Assembly (NCBI GenBank): GCA_024278855.1
Contig: JAJRSJ010000021.1
Location: 4,181 to 68,180 of the forward strand
Length of the DNA: 64,000 nt
Source: Alphaproteobacteria bacterium
GTDB lineage: Bacteria > Pseudomonadota > Alphaproteobacteria > Caulobacterales > Maricaulaceae
Reading direction: 5' to 3'
Shown here: in pieces, positions 39,844 to 49,346 of the stretch
Layout: each line of letters begins with the position of its first letter
Position numbering within the stretch: the stretch's first letter is position 1
The notes under the pieces: generated by a model
Seen by the model: the letters and a program-made list of their open reading frames with translations, nothing else
Database searches by the model: none
What the model was told of the DNA's origin: nothing
Translations under genes and position numbers: made by a program

Positions 39844-39944
39844 GGTGGATTTCCCCAATATTTTTAGTTGAGATTTTTAAGTTGAAATTTTGACTTCAAA
39901 CCTAATACGCACCGCCAAGCTCAACCCCTCAAAAAATTTCGCAA

Positions 39945-39965
39945 AATGTGACTTTTTGTCACATT
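39945..39965. promoter_or_regulatory. perfect palindrome AATGTGAC-N5-GTCACATT (candidate operator) upstream of the His-rich membrane protein gene
   Basis: Read directly: 8-bp arms with a 5-nt T spacer. It lies about 100 nt upstream of the ATG at 39843 on the minus strand. Confidence 0.4.
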
Positions 39966-40037
39966 GATTTACTCACCCCTAAAAACTGGGATTTAACTGT
40001 TCCAAAAATTGGGACTAGCCTGCCCTAAAACCGGGAT

Positions 40038-40526
40038 TTATTTGCCGGGATAACTGGCATAAACCTCGGTTTTCCCGTCTTTGAAAAAGACGATCACATC
40101 ATAGGGGTCAAATCTGCCGTTTTCCATGCCCGGAGAGCCGCTCACCATGCCGGGAACCGCAAGACCAATGGCACCGTCCGGTTTTTCCTTTAACAGGCGT
40201 TCAATTTCGCGCATGGGTACATGGCCTTCAATCACATAGCCGTCCACCAAGGTCGTGTGACATGATTGTAAATTATCTGGAACATTGGCGGCGGTTTTAT
40301 ATTTCCCAAGCTCTTCCGTATCGTGGGCCGTGACCTTGTATCCGGCCTTGTCGGCATGGACAATCCAGCCGCCGCAACACCCGCACGTGGCCGATTTATA
40401 AACCACCATTTCCTTGGAACTCGCCGAAGCCTCAGGTGTCAGGGACGGCACCAAAGACGGTTTAACCATCCAAACACCCGCAGCAATCACCAATACCGCA
40501 ATCAATCCAATTAAATATTTTTTCAC
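40038..40526 (-). CDS. copG: DUF411 / CopG-family metal-binding protein
   Basis: The SATCGCCGGW motif and HVPMREIERLL are typical of DUF411 (CopG). The GTG start at 40526 has a GGAGAG RBS. Confidence 0.8.
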   Translation of the reverse strand: MKKYLIGLIAVLVIAAGVWMVKPSLVPSLTPEASASSKEMVVYKSATCGCCGGWIVHADKAGYKVTAHDTEELGKYKTAANVPDNLQSCHTTLVDGYVIEGHVPMREIERLLKEKPDGAIGLAVPGMVSGSPGMENGRFDPYDVIVFFKDGKTEVYASYPGK

Positions 40527-40656
40527 ACTAACTCTCCAATTAAATTCCAAACTTTCGCAAGCCTAACATAAGCCTCGCGCAAAACATATAGATTACCACA
40601 TAATACGCAACGCAAGATAAAACCCCTCAAATAGCAGGTGATGGATTAACGTTTCT

Positions 40657-42834
40657 TCACTTATAAGGATCAAACCTTAGCAATCTGAGCGCATTCAATG
40701 TCACAATGACCGTCGCGCCTGTGTCTGCCAAAATCGCCATCCATAAGGACGTTGCGCCCATCATGGTTGTGACCAGAAACACGGCTTTCAAAATCAGCGA
40801 GAAGGCTATGTTTTGGTGGATATTACGCATAGTGGCTTTGGACAGGTTGACCAAAGCCGGGATACCGGTGACGCGTTCTCGCAACAGCGCCGCGTCTGCG
40901 GTTTCCAGAGCAACATCTGTGCCGCTGCCCATGGCTATGCCCACGTCTGCTCTCGCTAGAGCCGGGGCATCGTTAATACCGTCGCCGACCATGGCGACAC
41001 TGCCCGCTTGTTTTAACACTCCAATGGTTTGCAGCTTGTCGTCGGGCATAAGCTCGGCCTGCACATCCATGCCGAGCTGCGCGGCGATGGCTTTGCCGGT
41101 ACGGGCATTGTCACCGGTCAGCATGATGGTTTTAATCCCCATAGTGCCGAGCTTGTCCATGGCTTCTCGTGCGTCCCTTCGCAGTTCGTCGCGCATGGCG
41201 ATAACGCCGAGCATGGTTTTATCCTTGACCACCACGCCCAGAGTTTTGCCTTGCTCTTCAAACGCTAGGAATATCTGCTTCGCCTCGTTGCTGATTTTGG
41301 AAATCTCCGCCGCGTATCTCGGCGAGGCGATGGTCACCAAGGCTTTCCCGACCCTGCCGGCAACGCCGCGCCCGGACAGTGCTTTGGCGTCTTTGGCGCG
41401 TTTGAATTTAAACCCGCGTTTTTCGGCTTCCTCGACAATTGCCACAGCCAGCGGATGTGATGAAGTCACCTCCACCGCCGCTGCCAAAGACATCATGTCG
41501 GCTTCATTTCCCTTGAACACATGCACATCCGTGACCTTGGGCGTGCCTTCGGTCAGGGTTCCGGTTTTATCAAAAGCGATTGTGGCTACCTTGCCGATAG
41601 CCTCCAATACCACGCCGCCTTTCATCAACAGCCCGCGCCTTGCCCCCGCTGCAATGCCAGACGTAATCGCTGCCGGGGTCGAGAGCACCAATGCGCACGG
41701 ACAGCCAATCAGCCAGATGGCCAAGCCTTTATATATCCAGCCTTCATCGCCGGGACTACCAAGCCACTGCGCCCCGAACAAAAGCGGCGGAATAGCTGCG
41801 ACCAATATGCCGACCACCAAAACACCGGGCGTATAATATTTGCTGAAATTATCAATGAACCGTGCCGTCGGGGATTTCCCGGCTTCGGCTTCCTCGACCA
41901 AATTCATGATGCGGGCGATCATATTATCTTCCGCCGTTTTATCGACGCGCAGACGGATCACCCCGTCGGCATTTATCGCCCCCGCATAAACCGCATCACC
42001 GACACCCCGGCGCACCGGGATGCTCTCGCCCGTAATGGAGCTTTCGTCCAACGAAGTAGAGCCGGAGACAATTTCGCCGTCCGCAGGTATGCGCCCGCCG
42101 GGCTGTATCTCAACGACATCGCCAATCACAAGCGTGTCCGCCGCCACTTCATTGACGTCTTCGCTCCCCTTTTTAGAGATGACCAGAAAGGCCATTTTAG
42201 GCGCGAGATCAGCCAAAGCCTGCACGCTTTTACGCGCCTTTGCCGTCGCCATGCTTTCGAGCATTTCGCCGAGCGCAAACAAAAACACCACGACAGCCGC
42301 CTCGACCGAAGCCCCAATGGTAATCGCGCCGACCACCGCAAATGTCACCAATGTGTCAATGGTAAACGGACTGCCTGCGAGCGCCGACATAAGGGCTTTT
42401 CTCGCCATGGGCATGAGCGCCACCAACGCCGCTACGGCGTAGCCAAGTTCGTAAACTTCAATCTCGAACCCGCCAAGACTGATAACCGCATGTTTGGCAA
42501 ATATGAAAACCAGGGTGGCCAACACCAACATGACACCGGTAAAGACCACCAATTTGCCGCGTTTGGTTTTATACCAAACTTCTAGCCCGCCGGACGCATG
42601 TCCAGTACCGTCTTTGGCGATTTTATAACCAAGCTTGTTGATGGTTTTTTCAACCATTTTTGTAGTGGCAGCCACATCCCCGCCGCCCTCTTCAAAATTG
42701 AGTTTGATTTTACCACTGCCGTAATTGACGCTGGCATCTTTCACACCCGGCAAAGCGCAGACCGCCTTTTCAACCGGCCCAGCGCAGGACGGGCAGTCCA
42801 TGCCCTCGATTTTCAGTGTAAGTTCATTGCTCAT
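40657..42834 (-). CDS. heavy-metal P1B-2-type ATPase (Zn/Cd/Pb; ZntA/CadA-like)
   Basis: N-terminal HMA domain GMDCPSC, TM CPC (GCPCALVLSTP), DKTGTLT, GDGINDAP, and subtype signatures N-x7-K (NIAFSLILK) and DxG (LADTG). Confidence 0.92.
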   Translation of the reverse strand: MSNELTLKIEGMDCPSCAGPVEKAVCALPGVKDASVNYGSGKIKLNFEEGGGDVAATTKMVEKTINKLGYKIAKDGTGHASGGLEVWYKTKRGKLVVFTGVMLVLATLVFIFAKHAVISLGGFEIEVYELGYAVAALVALMPMARKALMSALAGSPFTIDTLVTFAVVGAITIGASVEAAVVVFLFALGEMLESMATAKARKSVQALADLAPKMAFLVISKKGSEDVNEVAADTLVIGDVVEIQPGGRIPADGEIVSGSTSLDESSITGESIPVRRGVGDAVYAGAINADGVIRLRVDKTAEDNMIARIMNLVEEAEAGKSPTARFIDNFSKYYTPGVLVVGILVAAIPPLLFGAQWLGSPGDEGWIYKGLAIWLIGCPCALVLSTPAAITSGIAAGARRGLLMKGGVVLEAIGKVATIAFDKTGTLTEGTPKVTDVHVFKGNEADMMSLAAAVEVTSSHPLAVAIVEEAEKRGFKFKRAKDAKALSGRGVAGRVGKALVTIASPRYAAEISKISNEAKQIFLAFEEQGKTLGVVVKDKTMLGVIAMRDELRRDAREAMDKLGTMGIKTIMLTGDNARTGKAIAAQLGMDVQAELMPDDKLQTIGVLKQAGSVAMVGDGINDAPALARADVGIAMGSGTDVALETADAALLRERVTGIPALVNLSKATMRNIHQNIAFSLILKAVFLVTTMMGATSLWMAILADTGATVIVTLNALRLLRFDPYK

Positions 42835-42861
42835 TTTAGTCCCCTTTACAAAATTTACATG

Positions 42862-42892
42862 ACCATAAAACCTCTAGTAGCTTGAGGTTCAA
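42862..42892 (-). promoter_or_regulatory. MerR-type promoter (19-bp spacer with dyad) for the Zn/Cd/Pb ATPase gene
   Basis: The minus strand reads TTGAAC-CTCAAGCTACTAGAGGTTT-TATGGT. The spacer is 19 bp and contains the imperfect dyad CCTCAAGCTACTAGAGG. It lies about 28 nt upstream of the ATG at 42834. Confidence 0.6.
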
Positions 42893-42910
42893 GCGAAATT
42901 TGATGACCGT

Positions 42911-43219
42911 TTAAAATTGATGATAAGCCGTGATATCGCTTAAATATATCGCGCCGGATCTTTCGCGTCCGGTTTGTGCATTGTCCTTGATAAGCTGCAC
43001 CACTTCGTCCACTTGCGCGTCCGTGCAAACCAGTTCCAGTTTTATTTCCGTGATAACCCGCGCGCCTAATTCTGTCGAGTATTCCTGTTCCTGGGCGCCC
43101 AAGGCTTCAAACGTGCCCTTGACCTCCGCCATCATCAGCGAGGTAAACCCGGCTTTCCTAAGTACCTGCACGACATCTGCCGCCCGGTTTACGTGGATAT
43201 ATGCTTTGACTTCTTTCAT
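42911..43219 (-). CDS. P-II (GlnB)-like small protein encoded in the czc operon
   Basis: 102 aa. MKEVKAYIHVNRAADVVQVLRKAGFTSLMMAEVKGT...IKLELVCTDAQVDEVVQLIKDNAQTG...GAIYLSDI follows the PII beta-alpha-beta pattern. An ATGA overlap joins it to the czcA stop. Confidence 0.7.
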   Translation of the reverse strand: MKEVKAYIHVNRAADVVQVLRKAGFTSLMMAEVKGTFEALGAQEQEYSTELGARVITEIKLELVCTDAQVDEVVQLIKDNAQTGRERSGAIYLSDITAYHQF

Positions 43220-46200
43220 GATAACATCTCCTGTTTTTGTAACAATTTACGCTCTCTGCGGCCTTCAACAAACTCGTAGATCAGCGGCAATAATATTAGC
43301 GTCAGGAATGTTGACGTAATGAGACCGCCGACAACCACTGCTGCCAATGGCCTTTGGGTTTCCGCGCCGACCCCGCTGGACAGCAGCATGGGGATCAGCC
43401 CCAATATGGTTGAGCTGGCCGTCATCATCACCGGGCGCAGGCGTAGTTCTGCGCCTTTCCTTACGGCCTCGGACACGCTCATACCTTTGTCGCGCAGCTC
43501 GTTGATAAAACTTAGCAGCACAATCCCGTTCAGCATAGCCACACCAAATACCGCAATAAAACCAATGGCCGACGGCACTGATAGATATTGCCCGGAAATA
43601 TAAAGCGCGACAACGCCGCCGATAGCGGCAAAGGGCACATTGGCAATAATCATGCCCGCATAACGCAAGGAATTAAACGCCGTGTATAAAAGCACGAAGA
43701 TAAAGAAAATCGTGATGGGAACAATAACTCCGAGCCTTTTCATGGCGCGCTGTTGATTTTCAAAGGCACCGCCCCACTCCACCCAATACCCGACCGGCAT
43801 CTCGACGGATTTTTCAATGGCGGCATTAGCATCACTGACAAAGCTGTCAATATCGCGCCCGCGTACATCCATCTGGATAACGGCGTAGCGCTGTAATTGC
43901 TCACGCCGGACGAATGAGTATCCTTCCGCCGTGGTGATATTGGCCACTCTGGACAACGGAATAATCGCCCCGTCGCCAGTGCGCATGGGAATATTGCCAA
44001 TAGCTTCAACGGACGCCTTGGAGCTATCCTGGTAACGGGTGGTTATCTCAAACCGTTTCACCCCGTCGATCAAAGTGCTGACCGGCTCGCTGCCGATACC
44101 CGTGCGCACAATGGTCAGCACATCGTCTGCGTCCATGCCGTAGCGGGCCAGTGCGGCGCGGTCTACTGCGATACGGATTTGCGGCTTGCCGATATTGGCC
44201 TCTAGGGACAAATCCGCCACGCCGTCTATGCCCTCAAGAACCTCCTTGATTTCAGCAGACAGCCTGTCCAACTCTTGCAAATTTTCGCCGTAAAGCTTGA
44301 CCGCCAAAGTGGCGCGAACCCCGGAAATAAGTTCCTCAACCCGCATTTGGATGGGCTGTGTGAAGGCGATGACCGATGTGGGCGCAACCACCTCCAGGGT
44401 TTCGCGCATATCTTCGGCCAGTTCGGTGATATTACGGTTGCCCGGCCACTCATCTTCGGGTTTTAGAGCGGTGTAAACTTCCATATAATTAACATCCGCC
44501 GTTTCGCCTTTTTCGGCCCGGCCAATCATAGAGATCGTGGTTTCAACTTCGGGGTATTCGCTCAGTGCAATCTCAATACTTTTGGCGATTTTGATAGATT
44601 GGTCAAGGGAGGTGGACGGAATAGACGACACCCGCCACATGATCGAACCTTCTTCAAGTTGTGGCATAAACTCCTTACCCAGCAATGGAAACAGGCTAAG
44701 CGAACCAATGAGTAAAACAACCGCACTGCCCATAACCAGAGCTTTGCGCCTCAGAGAAAATGCTAACAAAGGCAGATAGCCGCGCTTGAGCACACGCACA
44801 ATCCATGTGTCTTTTTCCGCCTTTGGCTTGAGGATTAAAGCCGCCAAAACCGGGATTAAGGTCAAAGTTAAAAACAAAGACCCGGCCATGGCAAAGCTGA
44901 TATTAAAGGCCATAGGCTTGAACAATTTACCCTCCAGACCCTCAAGGGTGAACAAAGGCATGAACACGATAATGATAATGGCAATGGCGAATGTCATGGG
45001 GCCGGCAACTTCTTTGGCCGCCGTTAATACCGCCGCCGTTCTATTGACCGGGCCATTATTTTCCGCCTTTCGCTCCGCCATAATGCGAAACGAATTTTCC
45101 ACCATGACAATGGCCCCGTCCACCATCATCCCGATCCCGATAGCAAGACCCGCCAGCGACATAAGATTGGCCGACAAGCCCATCTGGTTCATCATTATAA
45201 AAGCAATCAACATAGCAATGGGCAAGGCGGTGGTGACCACAATGGCCGAGCGGATTTCGCCCAGAAACAAAAACAACACAATGGCAATCAATATAGCCCC
45301 CTGGATCAAGGCTTTTTCAGCGGTATCAACCGCTTTTTCAACCAAATCCGTGCGCTGGTAAATTGGCTTGACCACCACGCCAGGCGGCAAAGCTTTCTCT
45401 ACGGTTTCAAGCTTGGTTTTGACATTATCAACCACCGTTTTGGCGTTCTCGCCCATGCGCGACAAAGCCATGCCAAGCACAACCTCCTTGCCGTCGCGGG
45501 TCACTGCGCCAAAGCGCAGTGCGCCTGCTTGTTTTACCGTGGCCACATCGCGAATATAAACGGCGGTGCCGTCCACGGATTTCAGTTTGATGGCGCCAAT
45601 GTCGGCTTCGTTTTTGACCAGGCCAAGCCCGCGTACCAAAAATTGCTCCGAACCCTGGTCGATATATTGACCGCCGACTTGTCTATTATTGGCCTCAATG
45701 GCTTCCATGACTTCGGTAAAACCTAGACCATATTTTATCAGTTTGAGCGGATCAATTTGCACTTGGTATTGGCGTTCCTGACCACCCCAGGAGGTGACAT
45801 CATCAACGCCGGGCGCGGTTCTAAGGATAAGCCGCACCGTCCAGTCTTGCAGCGTGCGCAAATCCATATCAGTTATATCAGCGTTCAGTTTTTCGTCGGC
45901 GCGCTCTAGCGTGTACCAAAATACCTGCCCTAGCCCGGACGTATTGGGGCCAAGTTCGGGCGTGCCGTAGCCCTCCGGGATACGGTCGCCGACCTCTTGC
46001 AAACGCTCACCCACAAGGCGGCGGGCGAAATATATGTCCATATCGTCTTTGAAATACACCGCCACATAGGACAGGCCAAACAGACTGACCGAGCGGATTT
46101 CTTTGACGTCCGGCAAGCCGGCCATAGCGGATTCGATGGGGAATGTGAGGAGTTCCTCGACATCCTCAGCCGCCAATCCGGGGCTCTCCGTATAGATATT

Positions 46201-46341
46201 GACCTGGGCCGGGGTGACGTCCGGGAAAGCGTCAATGGGGATTGTGTTGATGGCGCGCACGCCCAAAAAGGCGATGACGCCAAAAGTAATGAGTACAAGC
46301 ACTTTGTATTGAAGCGAAAATTCTACGAGTTTATTTAACAT
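43216..46341 (-). CDS. czcA: CzcA/CusA-family heavy-metal efflux RND pump
   Basis: 1041 aa with 12-TM RND architecture. The N-terminus MLNKLVEFSLQYKVLVL...IDAFPDVTPAQV is typical of the HME-RND family. Confidence 0.92.
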   Translation of the reverse strand: MLNKLVEFSLQYKVLVLITFGVIAFLGVRAINTIPIDAFPDVTPAQVNIYTESPGLAAEDVEELLTFPIESAMAGLPDVKEIRSVSLFGLSYVAVYFKDDMDIYFARRLVGERLQEVGDRIPEGYGTPELGPNTSGLGQVFWYTLERADEKLNADITDMDLRTLQDWTVRLILRTAPGVDDVTSWGGQERQYQVQIDPLKLIKYGLGFTEVMEAIEANNRQVGGQYIDQGSEQFLVRGLGLVKNEADIGAIKLKSVDGTAVYIRDVATVKQAGALRFGAVTRDGKEVVLGMALSRMGENAKTVVDNVKTKLETVEKALPPGVVVKPIYQRTDLVEKAVDTAEKALIQGAILIAIVLFLFLGEIRSAIVVTTALPIAMLIAFIMMNQMGLSANLMSLAGLAIGIGMMVDGAIVMVENSFRIMAERKAENNGPVNRTAAVLTAAKEVAGPMTFAIAIIIIVFMPLFTLEGLEGKLFKPMAFNISFAMAGSLFLTLTLIPVLAALILKPKAEKDTWIVRVLKRGYLPLLAFSLRRKALVMGSAVVLLIGSLSLFPLLGKEFMPQLEEGSIMWRVSSIPSTSLDQSIKIAKSIEIALSEYPEVETTISMIGRAEKGETADVNYMEVYTALKPEDEWPGNRNITELAEDMRETLEVVAPTSVIAFTQPIQMRVEELISGVRATLAVKLYGENLQELDRLSAEIKEVLEGIDGVADLSLEANIGKPQIRIAVDRAALARYGMDADDVLTIVRTGIGSEPVSTLIDGVKRFEITTRYQDSSKASVEAIGNIPMRTGDGAIIPLSRVANITTAEGYSFVRREQLQRYAVIQMDVRGRDIDSFVSDANAAIEKSVEMPVGYWVEWGGAFENQQRAMKRLGVIVPITIFFIFVLLYTAFNSLRYAGMIIANVPFAAIGGVVALYISGQYLSVPSAIGFIAVFGVAMLNGIVLLSFINELRDKGMSVSEAVRKGAELRLRPVMMTASSTILGLIPMLLSSGVGAETQRPLAAVVVGGLITSTFLTLILLPLIYEFVEGRRERKLLQKQEMLS

Positions 46342-46364
46342 GATTTATTCCTTGACCAAGTGAT

Positions 46365-47561
46365 CTAGTGACCGTGGCCTGAACCCATTTTTGATTTGAG
46401 GATGAGCGATTTAAGCAAGAAGATTTGCGAGGTGGCGATTTCGGTGCCCTCGCCAATCCCGCTTTTGATCTCGACCCAGTTGCCGCGCTTGGCACCTAGC
46501 TGCACGGGTGTCGGATGTAGCTCGTCTCCTTCAACGGCGAAAACCACGTCTTGCCCTTCCATAAAAGTCACGGCTTCTATGGGCACAGCCAGAATTTTTT
46601 CCGCTTTTCCGACTTGCAAATAAGCCGTGACAAATTGGCCCGCATGCAGGCTGTCCCCGGCATTATCCATCTGGGCGCGAACTGGCAATGTGCGCGTGGT
46701 CTCGTCGATCTGGTGACCCATTTGCAAAACCTTGCCGTATTTCCAGTCATTTTTTCGGATACTTCCACTGGCTTTCACTCTTACCACTGCGCCGATTTCA
46801 ATGTTCTCGGCGTCCGCTGCGGAGACCTTTACATTGACCCAGGCTTTACTCTCGTCGCTGATTTCAAACAGCACCCTGCCCGGATCGATAATTTCGCCTA
46901 TGACAAAATCATCCTGCATCACCGTACCGGACTGTCCAGAATAGAGGGTAAATACACCAATGGCTTTAGCCGCATCTCCGCCCGCCAGCAGTCTTTTAAC
47001 TGCCCCCGGCGTCATGCCAAAGGCGGTGATTTTTGCCTTGCTAAGCTGGGCGGCAATTTGTGCTTCAACATAACGACGTTTTGAAACAACATCCTTGCCA
47101 AGAGCCTGTACCCGTCGCCATTCCTGATGATCAACGATTGCATTACCCTGTGCCTCGGCCAGTTCTACACTGGTTAAGGTCGCAAGGGGAGCGCCCCGCT
47201 TGATATGTTGGCCGAGCCGCGCATGTCTTTTGGTGATTTGCGCAGAAATACGCGGCGTGACCCGGCTAGTTTTATATTGGTTGAGAATAATTTCGCCGGG
47301 CGCCGATATTTCACTGCCAAGGGATTGCAAAGAAACCCTGGCCGTGGTCACACCGTTTTTTGCCCGTTCCTCAGCGTTCATGTCTATAACGCCTTCTTCT
47401 TCGCCGTGTTCACCGCCTGCTTTTTCGTCGTGGTCATCATGATTTTCAGCCGCTTGCGCATAAGCCTGCGGAGCGATTGTGAAAGATGTATTGTTAAATT
47501 GCGTGCTGGCCCCCAAAAGCAGGGCCGTAGCGAGTGTTAAATATAATTTTGTATGTTTCAT
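46365..47561 (-). CDS. czcB: RND efflux periplasmic adaptor (CzcB-like) with His-rich N-terminal region
   Basis: Signal peptide, ENHDDHDEKAGGEHGEEEG, and HlyD-like barrel-sandwich/beta-barrel segments. An ATGA overlap joins it to the upstream czcC. Confidence 0.88.
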   Translation of the reverse strand: MKHTKLYLTLATALLLGASTQFNNTSFTIAPQAYAQAAENHDDHDEKAGGEHGEEEGVIDMNAEERAKNGVTTARVSLQSLGSEISAPGEIILNQYKTSRVTPRISAQITKRHARLGQHIKRGAPLATLTSVELAEAQGNAIVDHQEWRRVQALGKDVVSKRRYVEAQIAAQLSKAKITAFGMTPGAVKRLLAGGDAAKAIGVFTLYSGQSGTVMQDDFVIGEIIDPGRVLFEISDESKAWVNVKVSAADAENIEIGAVVRVKASGSIRKNDWKYGKVLQMGHQIDETTRTLPVRAQMDNAGDSLHAGQFVTAYLQVGKAEKILAVPIEAVTFMEGQDVVFAVEGDELHPTPVQLGAKRGNWVEIKSGIGEGTEIATSQIFLLKSLILKSKMGSGHGH

Positions 47562-48862
47562 CGGACTGTCTCCAACCATAGGGGAATAGAATTACTTGCA
47601 TCAAGGCGCTCAAACCAACTGCGCCACAGGGTAGCTTTCAGTTCTGCGGACGCGCTTTCTGCATCAAAAGTCTGGTTAAACCCGATGAGGTAATTAACGG
47701 CATTAAGCTCGCCTGCTTCCCACAAACGCTTGAGCAATGAGCGTTGGGTTTCCAGATGCAAAGCCCCGGAAGCCTGCCAATCTTGCCAAGCTTGCTCGGC
47801 GGCCATAAAGCGCAGCTCGGTGCCGCGCATCCGGGCAATGGTCTGTCTACGGACACGGGCTAATCCGGCTTCCGCCTCCAGGCTCTCGGCTTTGGCCACA
47901 TCTATGCTGTCCGTATATTTATTGTTAATTTGCAACGGGATGGCCAGACTAACGCCGAACAATACACTGGAGCCTTCCATGCCCAAACGCCCGCCGACCG
48001 TCGGGTCGGTTTTGCGCATTTTTTTAGCAACCGCAATGCGCGACCTGAAGACCTGCGACCGGGCGCTGGCGAGACGGACTTCCGGTAAATCTTGCGGGCT
48101 TGTCTGGCGCCCGACCGCCCTGCTGCCATTTGGTGTTCCTTCCAAGAGTGGCCAGCCGTTGAAACTAGCGCCGCTCAATGTGGTCAAGGCTTGAACTGCA
48201 CGGGATTGTTCGGATTTCGCACGGGCCAAATCCGCTAAGGATCCGGCCAGTGACACCTGCGCCGTCAAAACTTCAGAACTGGATAAATCCCCCGCCGCCT
48301 TGCGCCGTTCGGCCAATTTCAAAAAATCACGGCTAAATGTAACCTTGCGCCCGGCCAGTGCCACCAGATCAGTATTGATCTGATATTCGGACAAAGCCTG
48401 TAACAATTCAGCTTGCAAGGTTTTTTCGACCAACTCCAATGCCGCCTGAGCCGCAAATACATTATCGCGTCCGGCGTCTTGCAAAACTTGCCGTTTGCCG
48501 TGGCGGTCAATGGTTTGGGACAGACCTATTGTGGCGGTCTCGACCTCCGCCGTTTCCAAGTCCACTTCCAAATTGGGATTATACAGCTTACGCCCCATGC
48601 CGCGTGCCCGGGCTTTTTCGGCTTCAAGGGCCGATTTAGCCGCCTGCATGGCCGGATGCCCGTCTATAGTTTTATTGACACACCCGACGACATCCGGCCT
48701 TGAAGCCGTAACAAATTCACGGGTTTGCACCGGCGTTAAGGTGATAAGTTCAGGAAAATCATTTCCGCCTCTGGTATTCGTTTGTGCCAATGCGCCCGGT
48801 GCTACACTTAGCACTAGCACCGCACTCAAAGTGCCAAACAGCACACAAGTTCTCGTATTCAT
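47558..48862 (-). CDS. czcC: TolC-family outer-membrane factor (CzcC-like)
   Basis: Signal peptide MNTRTCVLFGTLSAVLVLSVAPGALA and two repeated OEP helical/barrel halves. It is the first gene of the CBA operon. Confidence 0.85.
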   Translation of the reverse strand: MNTRTCVLFGTLSAVLVLSVAPGALAQTNTRGGNDFPELITLTPVQTREFVTASRPDVVGCVNKTIDGHPAMQAAKSALEAEKARARGMGRKLYNPNLEVDLETAEVETATIGLSQTIDRHGKRQVLQDAGRDNVFAAQAALELVEKTLQAELLQALSEYQINTDLVALAGRKVTFSRDFLKLAERRKAAGDLSSSEVLTAQVSLAGSLADLARAKSEQSRAVQALTTLSGASFNGWPLLEGTPNGSRAVGRQTSPQDLPEVRLASARSQVFRSRIAVAKKMRKTDPTVGGRLGMEGSSVLFGVSLAIPLQINNKYTDSIDVAKAESLEAEAGLARVRRQTIARMRGTELRFMAAEQAWQDWQASGALHLETQRSLLKRLWEAGELNAVNYLIGFNQTFDAESASAELKATLWRSWFERLDASNSIPLWLETVR

Positions 48863-48980
48863 TTTTGGTATCTCTTGATTTTGGCTATAGGTCTCCATAG
48901 CCATTTATAGATGTCGCGGTGGCCGGTGTGTGCATACAATTAGCTCGTAAACACAAACAGACTCCGCCCGTCAGGCAGGA

Positions 48981-49346
48981 TTAAATCAAGATTATAGGGG
49001 GGTGGGGAATATCGTCCACCGGCTCGGGGTGGGGCAAATTCGTGCCAAGATCATTTATGTTCAAACCATAATTGCCCAAGGACAATTCGCCTGGTGCCAA
49101 CAACAAAAGGATATGAGCGGTGTGGCAAACATTGCATTCCGAGCTTGTTATGCTTTCAGATGGCAATTGGTCATCGTTCATATCTGCATTTTTAGGTGCG
49201 TTTTTATCTGCTGTTTCGCTCGCCTGCACCTGCTCCATTACCGTATAACTATCTATAGGTAATTGCGTGTACTCATTGGCCAATGCAGAATGCATTGTGA
49301 CCAACAACAAGCTGAGAACCAAAAATTTTGACACTATAAAACGCAT
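48981..49346 (-). CDS. small secreted protein upstream of czcC (CzcI-like position), contains CxxCH
   Basis: Signal peptide MRFIVSKFLVLSLLLVTMHSALA and motif SSECNVCHTAHI. About 122 aa, on the same strand as czcCBA. Confidence 0.5.
   Translation of the reverse strand: MRFIVSKFLVLSLLLVTMHSALANEYTQLPIDSYTVMEQVQASETADKNAPKNADMNDDQLPSESITSSECNVCHTAHILLLLAPGELSLGNYGLNINDLGTNLPHPEPVDDIPHPPIILI

Noticed and set aside
39945-39965. CRP/FNR-family binding site
   Set aside because: TGTGA and TCACA are separated by 7 nt rather than the 6 nt of the CRP consensus, and the FNR half-sites (TTGAT/ATCAA) are absent. I therefore labelled it only as an unassigned palindrome.
40706-42585. Long plus-strand ORFs (376 aa and 354 aa) opposite the Zn/Cd/Pb ATPase gene
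   Set aside because: These are antisense shadow ORFs within a strongly supported gene. They have low-complexity Ala/Ser/Arg/Pro-rich composition and no motifs.
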